This document shows, in pieces, positions 20,395 to 27,993 of a stretch of DNA of 64,000 nt; position 1 is the stretch's first letter; each line of letters starts with the position of its first letter. Source of the stretch: Bacteroides uniformis (lineage in GTDB: Bacteria; Bacillota_I; Bacilli_A; RFN20; CAG-288); NCBI GenBank assembly GCA_963600815.1, contig CAVCCX010000002.1:16033-80032 (forward strand), read 5' to 3'. The notes below the pieces were generated by a model that was not told the origin of the DNA, did not search any database, and worked only from the letters and a program-made list of their open reading frames with translations. A program made the position numbers and the translations under genes.

Positions 20395-22026
20395 TTATCT
20401 TGCGTCTTTGAAGCAGGAACCACCCACAAATTCCCTCATGATGGAATTGCAGGGGATATCCTCCACTTCAATCGGAAGGAAATAGCGGACCATATTCTTC
20501 AATCGGCAGGCAAGAAGATATTCTTCCTGGTCCGGCGTGATCTTCTCCAGAAGGGGAAGAACGATATTCCGAAGGGCTGAAAATTCATACGGGACAAAGG
20601 AATCGAAGACATAATCGGCGTTCTCCTGCGTTGGATAGATATAGGAGAATTCACCCTGACGGACATCGGGCCACATGCGGATGGTTTCCGTGGCATCCGA
20701 ATTTCTTGTGCGGACATCGCGTGCGATTCTTCTTAACAGACGGATATCCGTCATCGAAATCGGAGAATGATTGTCGATATTGACCTGCGGCTGAGGCGCA
20801 ATGAAGATGCGGAACTTCTCCGAAGGAGAGACTTCCTTGAGAACCTGGCTATCCAGGGCATGGATGCCTTCGACAATCAGAGGCTGATTATCCTGCAAGG
20901 TGATGGTCTTCCCTGGCTTTCTCTTCTTGGTGACAAAGTCATAAACAGGAAGCGTGACACTTTCCTGACGGATGAGCTGATCCATCTGGCGGTTGAACAA
21001 TTCAAGATTCAGAGCCTCAACGCTTTCCAGGGAAATATCCGGCGAACTTTCTTCCCTCGTCTTGAAATAATCATCCATCGAAATACGGATTGGACGCAAA
21101 GATTTTGACATCAATTCGAACATCAATCGGTTGGCAAAGCTCGTCTTTCCCGAGGAAGACGGTCCTGCGATAGAGATGACCTTGACGGGTGTCTCCGAGG
21201 ATGTGATCATTCTTCCAAGTTCGGCAATCATATCATTGATTCTCGCCTCACAGAGATTGATGAAGGCCATGGCGGAATTGTTCTTGATAAATCGATTGAT
21301 TCCAAAAACCGTATCCAATTGGTTATTCTTGCTCCAGAGATAGTTTTTCTGCAGGGATTGGGCATAGGTGGGTTCATCCTTGAATTCTGGAATCATGCCA
21401 CCACATTCGCTTCTTGGAACCTGGATGAGGAATCCTGGCGCATAATAGCGAAGCATATATTTCTTCAGATATCCTGTCGAAGGGACAAGGAAGGAATAGA
21501 GATAGTCATCATAGACAAAATCCCCATCCTTGCATTCATCGAGATGGACAAAATTTTCCTTTCGATACTTCAGAATATCGATTTTATCCTTGAATCCAAG
21601 TTTCTTATATCGCTCCAAAGCTTCCTCCTTGGAGATTCTCAACCGCTCGATCTTCAGATCCTTTCTGATGAGTTCCTCCACCTTCTCAGAAAGCTGCTGG
21701 ACAAAGTCAGGCGAAAGGAAGGAATTCTTTCCGTATAAGGGCTTGGCAAACATCGCTCTGGAAATATTATAGAAAAAGCGAAGATCCATCTTCGGTGCGA
21801 TCTCATGGCAAGCCATCGAGATCACATATCGAAGACTGGCAGAATAGATTCGATTGGCATTCTGATCCTTCAGATCGAGGAATTCGATCTCATAGTCGTT
21901 GTCCTTCTCAAAGACGTAATCGAGCTGTCGGACCTTTCCATTGATTTTCGAGCAAATGAAATCCTTTCTGTTCTCTTCCTTCAGAAGTGAAGAAAGGATG
22001 GTTCCTTTTTGAATGTGCTGTTTCAT
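20395..22026 (-). CDS. Uridine-kinase-family P-loop kinase with N-terminal TGS / ThrRS-like region
   Basis: C-terminal half has GPSSSGKTSF, SMDDYF, LPVYDF, IVEGIHAL and LLRRIARD (Udk/PRK family). The N-terminal about 270 aa resemble the TGS plus second additional domain of ThrRS. Confidence 0.75.
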   Translation of the reverse strand: MKQHIQKGTILSSLLKEENRKDFICSKINGKVRQLDYVFEKDNDYEIEFLDLKDQNANRIYSASLRYVISMACHEIAPKMDLRFFYNISRAMFAKPLYGKNSFLSPDFVQQLSEKVEELIRKDLKIERLRISKEEALERYKKLGFKDKIDILKYRKENFVHLDECKDGDFVYDDYLYSFLVPSTGYLKKYMLRYYAPGFLIQVPRSECGGMIPEFKDEPTYAQSLQKNYLWSKNNQLDTVFGINRFIKNNSAMAFINLCEARINDMIAELGRMITSSETPVKVISIAGPSSSGKTSFANRLMFELMSKSLRPIRISMDDYFKTREESSPDISLESVEALNLELFNRQMDQLIRQESVTLPVYDFVTKKRKPGKTITLQDNQPLIVEGIHALDSQVLKEVSPSEKFRIFIAPQPQVNIDNHSPISMTDIRLLRRIARDVRTRNSDATETIRMWPDVRQGEFSYIYPTQENADYVFDSFVPYEFSALRNIVLPLLEKITPDQEEYLLACRLKNMVRYFLPIEVEDIPCNSIMREFVGGSCFKDAR

Positions 22027-22091
22027 ATTGACCTCCTACATCATTGAGCCTATTTTATCGCATTTCATCCCCAAATGGATGAAAAACGAAC

Positions 22092-22124
22092 CAAAAAAAG
22101 AGGATAGGCATTTCTGCCTACCCA
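22092..22124 (-). terminator. Putative terminator after metQ
   Basis: On the minus strand, gg-taggca gaaa tgccta-cc hairpin followed by tcttttttt. Confidence 0.55.
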
Positions 22125-22129
22125 ATCTC

Positions 22130-22957
22130 CTATCTCAGGTCCTTCTGATAGCTTTCGATGACGCCCTTGTAGGTTGTCTTGATGAAAGTCTTCACTTTTT
22201 CACTTAGAAGAGAATCACATAAGACATCCATTTTTTTCTTATAGGTTTCATCTTCCTTGTATTTTGTCACGCTAAGAGCAAGGACGTTGGCATTCTTATC
22301 GGCAACCGTGGCATTTTCCATCGGAAGGGATTCACTTGCTTCCAGTCCACCGGTCAAGGCACTGTTGACCGGAAGAACGCCATAATCATAGTCGGCAATG
22401 GACAAGGCAAGTTCGGATTCGGCAAGAGGATGGATATTCGATGGAAGGTTGATCGGGGCATTGTCCTTGTCGAGTTCATAGCCATCGATGACACCGGCAT
22501 CCTTGAGAAGATCAAGTGCTCTGATTTCATTGGAAACATCATTGCAGATGCAATAAGTGGCCGTCTTTTTGTTGGCCTCGAATTCACTTGCATTCTTCTT
22601 TCCTTCATAGATTCTCAGTGGTTCGAAATGAACCGTGACAGCTGGGAAGAGTTTCTTATAGGTATAGGATGTCGAATAGACGCTCTGCTCTCCATCATAG
22701 TTCTGAAGGTAAGGGCGATGCTGGAAATAGTTTCCATCATATTCACCATTATTGGTCGCTTCATTGGTGATGGACCAATCAAGGACGGTGACTTTCAGCT
22801 CATAGCCTTTTTCCTTGAGGTCTTCCTTGCAGACACCATTGAGGATTTCTGCATGCGGCTTCTGTGAGCAGGCGATGGTGATGACATGGGATGTATCCTG
22901 TTTGCAGGATGCGAACGATAAGACGAACAACGGAAGCAATAAAATATTTTTTTTCAT
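22130..22957 (-). CDS. metQ: Methionine ABC transporter substrate-binding lipoprotein
   Basis: Signal peptide with lipobox LSFASC and an NlpA/MetQ-like sequence. Last gene of the metNIQ operon. Confidence 0.85.
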   Translation of the reverse strand: MKKNILLLPLFVLSFASCKQDTSHVITIACSQKPHAEILNGVCKEDLKEKGYELKVTVLDWSITNEATNNGEYDGNYFQHRPYLQNYDGEQSVYSTSYTYKKLFPAVTVHFEPLRIYEGKKNASEFEANKKTATYCICNDVSNEIRALDLLKDAGVIDGYELDKDNAPINLPSNIHPLAESELALSIADYDYGVLPVNSALTGGLEASESLPMENATVADKNANVLALSVTKYKEDETYKKKMDVLCDSLLSEKVKTFIKTTYKGVIESYQKDLR

Positions 22958-23628
22958 TTGAGAATTCTCCTTTTATCCAATTTCTTTGTTAAATACAGAC
23001 CAAACTCCTGAACGACTTCGACAAGAATCACGACGATGACAATCAAGAGCCAGAACACATAACTGGTTTCGAATTTCTTGGAATGTCCCATATAGTAGGC
23101 ATAAATCTCGGCAATCAAGCCACCGGCTCCGATGTTGTAGGCAAAGGATGTGTAGCCGATGATATTGACAAAGGTGACACAGACCCCTAAGAGAAGCGAG
23201 CTTCTCGCTTCTGGGATGAGGACTTTGCGGACAATCATGAAGTCGCTTGCCCCCATCGAACGGATCGCCTCAATCTTTCCATTGTCCACATCCGTCAGAG
23301 ACTGTTCGACAATTCTGGCTACATAGGCAAAGGAAGAGACAAACAAGGGGATGACCATCGTATACCATTCCCCAGTTCCTTTCCCTAATAAGGCTCTTGT
23401 CAAGGGAAGAAGAATCACCGTGATAATCAGACAGGGGATGCTACGCAAGAAATTCACAATCGCTCCCAAGATCAGATTGGCCCAGCGATTCGGCTTGAGT
23501 CCCGTCTTGGATGTCACCTTGAGAAGAACACCTAAAGGCAGTCCGACAAGATAGGCAAGAGCTAGGGCAAGCAAGGACATCAGCATGGTGTCAAGGAGGG
23601 CTTTTAGGACATTGACAGACCCGATCAT
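22954..23628 (-). CDS. metI: Methionine ABC transporter permease
   Basis: 224-aa five-TM permease with an EAA-like loop EAIRSMGAS. 4-bp overlaps with metN and metQ. Confidence 0.88.
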   Translation of the reverse strand: MIGSVNVLKALLDTMLMSLLALALAYLVGLPLGVLLKVTSKTGLKPNRWANLILGAIVNFLRSIPCLIITVILLPLTRALLGKGTGEWYTMVIPLFVSSFAYVARIVEQSLTDVDNGKIEAIRSMGASDFMIVRKVLIPEARSSLLLGVCVTFVNIIGYTSFAYNIGAGGLIAEIYAYYMGHSKKFETSYVFWLLIVIVVILVEVVQEFGLYLTKKLDKRRILK

Positions 23629-24608
23629 AATTCCACCTCCTCGACCTTGATGTTCTTCAGGGCTAAGAATTGCAATACCTTGTGATATTCTTTTTCATCG
23701 ACTGGTCTCTGGATGACCGTCTGTCCATAGACTTTTCCATCCTTGACTCTGGTATCAGCGTAGACAAGATTGACCATGACATTGCAGTTGAGGACGATCT
23801 GGGAAAGAATCGGTTCATCCACATTGCCATCAAACAGGATGCGAAGCATTCTCTTTTCATCGAGATTCGTGTGAATCTTGTTCGAATAGAGAAGTTGCTT
23901 TGTAATCTCCGCCTTCGGGGAAAGGAAGACATCATCGATGCTTCCATTTTCAACGATCTTTGCCTTATCCAGGATGCAGACCTTGTTGCAGATGGCTTCG
24001 ATGGCACTCAGCTGATGAGAGATCATCACGATGGTGATGCCATCGCTTTTGTTCAGCGACTGAAGAAGAGAGAGAACCGATTTTGTATTCTCCGCATCCA
24101 GGGCGCTTGTCGCCTCATCGGAGAGAATCACCTCCGGCTTCAATGCTAAACAGCGTGCAATGCTGACTCTCTGCTTCTGTCCTCCCGAAAGCTGGGAGGG
24201 ATAGGCATTCCATTTTTCCTCCAGTCCGACTCTTTTAAGAGCCTCCAGAGCGATCTCTTTTCTTTTTTTCTTCTCCACCTTGTGGATTTCAAGCCCGATC
24301 ATCACATTGTCGAGGCAATTCTTCTGATCGAGAAGGTTGAAGGACTGGAAGATCATGCCAATCTGTCTTTTTTCCTCCCTTCCTGCCTTTTTTGTGGGAG
24401 AACAGAGAAGTTTCTCCTTGAAATAGATGTTGCCTGATTCGAATGTCTCCAGGGAATTGATGCAGCGGACCAGGGTCGATTTTCCGGCACCGGACAATCC
24501 CAAGACGCCATAGATATCGCCTTTTTTGATATCCAAGGAGATATCATCCAAGACAACATGGGAATCAAAGCTTTTGCACAAATGTTCGATTCTGATTTCT
24601 GATTCCAT
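23625..24608 (-). CDS. metN: Methionine ABC transporter ATP-binding protein
   Basis: GLSGAGKST, LSGGQKQRVSIARC, ILSDEATSALD, and a C-terminal NIL-like domain. ATG (MESEIRIEH) is preceded by ggaggtg right after the T-box terminator. Confidence 0.92.
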   Translation of the reverse strand: MESEIRIEHLCKSFDSHVVLDDISLDIKKGDIYGVLGLSGAGKSTLVRCINSLETFESGNIYFKEKLLCSPTKKAGREEKRQIGMIFQSFNLLDQKNCLDNVMIGLEIHKVEKKKRKEIALEALKRVGLEEKWNAYPSQLSGGQKQRVSIARCLALKPEVILSDEATSALDAENTKSVLSLLQSLNKSDGITIVMISHQLSAIEAICNKVCILDKAKIVENGSIDDVFLSPKAEITKQLLYSNKIHTNLDEKRMLRILFDGNVDEPILSQIVLNCNVMVNLVYADTRVKDGKVYGQTVIQRPVDEKEYHKVLQFLALKNIKVEEVEL

Positions 24609-24618
24609 TTTCACCTCC

Positions 24619-24890
24619 AAAAAAAATTCCGTCCCAAACACATAAAGAAACTATGTGCTTAAGGACGGAATTCACCGTGTTACCACCTTAATTCGTTCTA
24701 TAGTCGCCTATAGAGCCTCAGAGAGTTCAATCGTCTAAACTCATTTGCTGTCACGGGCATACCCGAAGAAAGCTACTCTTTTTCACTTTCTCAGCTCAGA
24801 GGCCATGTTCGTCACCCTTATCCATCCTGCTTCCACCGTCCAGGACTCTCTATCGGAATATCTGTGAGTACTCTTCCTCATCAACGCTTT
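24619..24890 (-). ncRNA. T-box leader (methionine specifier AUG) controlling metNIQ
   Basis: Minus strand shows a UGAUGA K-turn at the stem I base, an AGAGAG box, a GGUGGAAGC distal loop, specifier context gaacAUGg (24804-24806), and the T-box sequence AAUUAAGGUGGUAACACGGUG (24673-24693). This is followed by terminator uuccgucc...gggacggaa and U8. Confidence 0.88.
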
Positions 24891-24946
24891 TACGTGGCAT
24901 ATTCTAAACTTTCGAATCATAAAAAACAACATCTTTTTTCAAATAA

Positions 24947-25609
24947 TATTTCCGTCGCCTCATCATATACGGTCAAAAAAGAAGCAAAGGTCTCATCACC
25001 TACGCCAAGCACTTTGCCCTGAATGACCAGGATACCAATAGAAAAGGTCTTGCCACCTTCTCTTCTGAACAGGCTATCCGCGAAATCTATCTTCGTCCAT
25101 TCGAATTGGCTGTCAAGGTCGGAAAGACCAATGGCATCATGGAATCCCATAACCGTATCGGTGCCACCTGGGTCGGCGGTTCTTCGAATCTTTTGGAAGA
25201 TGTTCTCCGTGGAGAATGGGGCTATCGGAACTTTGTTCTCTCCGATCATGTCGGAACACCGGTCTATCAGTCTTCCTTGCAGGGTGTACTCAATGGCTTG
25301 GATATGCAGCTTGCCACCAACGCCAAAGCCGATGATATATCTGCAAACTATCAGGACAACGCCTATGTCATGAGCAGGGTAAGACTTGCCTGCCATCGAA
25401 TCCTTTTTACCACTGTCAATACGGCTGCCATGAATGGCATATCCCAATCTTCGAAAGTCGTCTCCGTGACACCGGCATGGAGAGTCTGGCTGACCATCCT
25501 GCTTGTCGTCCTATATGTCGGCATTGCTGTCGGCGCATTCTTCGTCACAAAGCATTTCTTCTTCCCGAAGAAGAAGGGTGATGCCAAAGAAGAAGCCAAA
25601 GCCGAATAA
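24947..25609 (+). pseudogene. 5'-truncated glycoside hydrolase family 3 remnant with C-terminal TM anchor
   Basis: Open frame from the stop at 24944-24946 encodes GLITYAKHFALNDQDTNR...EQAIREIYLRPFE...LLEDVLRGEWGYRNFVLSDHVG (GH3 catalytic-domain blocks). No ATG or SD, and the several hundred N-terminal residues expected for GH3 are missing. The only in-frame start candidate is TTG at 25106. Confidence 0.6.
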
Positions 25610-25624
25610 TCCATCCCCTTTCAT

Positions 25625-25660
25625 AGAGGTCCGTAAGCATTGCTTGCCGACCTCTTTTTG
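25625..25660 (+). terminator. Rho-independent terminator after the GH3 remnant
   Basis: Long imperfect hairpin agaggtccgtaagca/tgcttgccgacctct followed by tttt. Confidence 0.75.
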
Positions 25661-25678
25661 ATGATGAAAAGAAGAAGG

Positions 25679-25721
25679 ACTTTGAAGTACTTCACAAAGA
25701 CTTTGAAGTAACTTTGAAGTA
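25679..25721. repeat. Three copies of ACTTTGAAGTA plus an embedded 12-bp palindrome
   Basis: Copies at 25679-25689, 25700-25710 and 25711-25721 (spacing 21 and 11 bp). TGAAGTACTTCA at 25683-25694 is a perfect palindrome. Confidence 0.8.
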
Positions 25722-26118
25722 AATAGTCTATTCTTTCTTTTGGATGAGATGCTTACAAATATACTATTTTTTAGCATACAATGATTTCAACAAATGAATA
25801 GAGGTTGTCTTATAAAATTTGATACTCTAACATATATGCCGTGATACATAGCCCAAATTTAGAATCTATCCTTTGGGAATACTTCACTTTCAGCCATCAT
25901 AGAAGAGCACTCCTTCACAATCAGATATTGCCATACAATTTCAAGGCACAAAAATGAACGCTCTTTCAAAAGATGTCTTACAAAAGAAACGTAGATAGGG
26001 TATCATATGTAGGTTTCTTAAAGAATCATCCATAGAACAGGACAACGCATTGCTTTCTTCTTTTGACTGCCAAAAGAAAGCTTCCATTATTTTGTCTAAG
26101 ATGAAGAAAGAGGTGAAA

Positions 26119-26703
26119 ATGAGAACTGAGATAAAAAAACTGACACTCTCGGCCATGTTTTTGGCTATGGGACTTTTCCTTCCCTTCCTGACGGGCCAAA
26201 TTCCACAGATCGGTAGCATGCTTCTTCCGATGCACATCCCTGTCTTTTTCTGCGGGCTCATCTGCGGATGGCAATATGGACTCTTCATCGGTGCCGTTCT
26301 TCCTTTGATGCGTTCCCTTCTTTTTGGAATGCCTCCGCTTTATCCGACAGCCACAGCCATGTGCTTCGAATTGGCGACTTATGGGTTTGTCTCTGGATTA
26401 CTCTATAGCCTATTCAAGAAACAGGGAATCGTCGCCCTTTATTCCTCCATGGTCATTTCCATGATTGCAGGACGGATCGTATGGGGACTTGCAGAAGTGG
26501 TCCTTCTCGGCTTTGCCGGCAATACATTCACCTGGCAGGCCTTCTTCGCCGGCTCATTCCTGAATGCCTTCCCGGGCATCATCCTGCAGCTCATCATGAT
26601 TCCTGCCCTGATGTTTGCCCTTGACAAGGCAGGCTTCGTGAAATTCAAAAAGCCTCAAACAGAGACAAAAACGTCCAATGAGGAAGCCCGCCAGAATCCA
26701 TAA
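26119..26703 (+). CDS. ECF-transporter substrate-specific (S) component, substrate unknown
   Basis: About 195-aa six-TM protein with LPMHIPVFFCGLICGWQYG and GMPPLYP blocks typical of ECF S components. Strong SD agaggtga precedes ATG 26119. No ecfA/ecfT genes are adjacent. Confidence 0.75.
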   Translation: MRTEIKKLTLSAMFLAMGLFLPFLTGQIPQIGSMLLPMHIPVFFCGLICGWQYGLFIGAVLPLMRSLLFGMPPLYPTATAMCFELATYGFVSGLLYSLFKKQGIVALYSSMVISMIAGRIVWGLAEVVLLGFAGNTFTWQAFFAGSFLNAFPGIILQLIMIPALMFALDKAGFVKFKKPQTETKTSNEEARQNP

Positions 26704-26833
26704 GAGAACGTTTTTTTGCTTTCCTGAGTGAATCGATTTCCCAGGTTCCGGACGATTCATCAAAAAAAAGACCGTTTTCAGGAAAGAATTGTACAGACTG
26801 CAAACAAAAAGTATCCAAAGTCGAATGTATTTT

Positions 26834-26842
26834 TGATATAAT
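26834..26842 (+). promoter_or_regulatory. Extended -10 (TGaTATAAT) candidate promoter for greA
   Basis: tgatataat about 48 nt upstream of the greA ATG. No good -35. Confidence 0.4.
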
Positions 26843-26889
26843 GTCAAATGCTATTTTAGATAACAAGATGAAATGCAAGGAGAAAGAAT

Positions 26890-27366
26890 ATGGCAGAAAA
26901 GAATGTCTTAACCAAACAGGGAAAAGAAGATTTAGAAAAGAAATTAAAGAATTTGGTCGAAGTTGAACAGCCGAAAGCTTTCGAAGAACTGAATTTCGCC
27001 AGATCCCAGGGCGACTTATCCGAAAACAGCGACTATGATGCCGCCAGAGAGAAAACCGAAGCCATCAAGGCTGAAATCGCCCGTATCCAGTATGCTCTCG
27101 ACCATAGCGAGATCATCGATGAAGATATCGGCACAGGCGATGGAAAGACTGTCCGTATGGGCGCCTATACCATCACCATCAAGAACCTCGACACGAATGC
27201 GGACTATGAATTCTCCATCGTCGGTTCCTCTGAAGCCGATCCGATGAACAAGAAGATTTCCAACACTTGCCCGGTTGCCCAGGCCATCCTTGGAAAGAAG
27301 ATTGGAACCATCGTCACCGTCAACGCCAAGAAGCCTTACCAAGTCGAAATCATCGACATCAAATAA
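26890..27366 (+). CDS. greA: Transcription elongation factor GreA
   Basis: 158 aa. LT.QG...L..KL..L, ARSQGDLSENSDYDAAREK and the C-terminal ISNTCPVAQAILGKKIGT block. Confidence 0.95.
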   Translation: MAEKNVLTKQGKEDLEKKLKNLVEVEQPKAFEELNFARSQGDLSENSDYDAAREKTEAIKAEIARIQYALDHSEIIDEDIGTGDGKTVRMGAYTITIKNLDTNADYEFSIVGSSEADPMNKKISNTCPVAQAILGKKIGTIVTVNAKKPYQVEIIDIK

Positions 27367-27441
27367 AATCGAAAAAAAATTAGACCGAAACCCGTAACTT
27401 TGCCCCCGAAGCAGACAATATGTATGTAGGAGGCAATCAAA

Positions 27442-27993
27442 ATGCTTAAAACTATCATTATTGGCATCATTGTTACAGTCGTCGGTCTTTTTTCTTTGGC
27501 AGCAGTCAACAACGTGGTATCCGGAAACAGCACAAAATCATCTGTCAACGGCTATGCCACCACAGAAACCCAATCCGATAAGAATACGGTCAGTGTTTCC
27601 ATCTCCGGAGAAATCAATCATCCCGGTTCCTACTACATCAATCCGGAAGAGACGCTCGGCGATCTCATCGCCTTGGCAGGCGGAGTCACCACAAGTGCGG
27701 ACACCACTGCCTACAACACCTCTCTTGTCATCAGCACAAGAACATCCTTCTATATCGCACCGCTATTGGTCGATAGCGGAGTCTGTGTGGAAACGAATTC
27801 CAAGAAGACAAACATCAACAAGGCAGACAAAGAGGAATTGGTCAGCGTCGGACTGAAGGAAAGCCAAGCGAGCAACCTCATCTCCTATCGAAATGACAAC
27901 GGTGCCTTCGGAGCCATCGAGGACATCCTCAATGTCTCGGGCATCGGGGCGAGCACCTTCAACAAAGTCAAAAACAAAATCTGTATTTCCTGA
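27442..27993 (+). CDS. comEA: Competence protein ComEA (DNA receptor)
   Basis: N-terminal TM, SLBB-like GEINHPGSYYI, and C-terminal helix-hairpin-helix INKADKEEL...GIGASTFNKV. Confidence 0.85.
   Translation: MLKTIIIGIIVTVVGLFSLAAVNNVVSGNSTKSSVNGYATTETQSDKNTVSVSISGEINHPGSYYINPEETLGDLIALAGGVTTSADTTAYNTSLVISTRTSFYIAPLLVDSGVCVETNSKKTNINKADKEELVSVGLKESQASNLISYRNDNGAFGAIEDILNVSGIGASTFNKVKNKICIS

Noticed and set aside
25780-26118. Searched the ECF S-component leader for TPP, FMN, THF, preQ1 and cobalamin riboswitch cores
   Set aside because: None of the conserved cores, such as the CUGAGA/ACCUGAUCUGGAUAAUGCCAGCG of TPP, is visible. No ncRNA is called.
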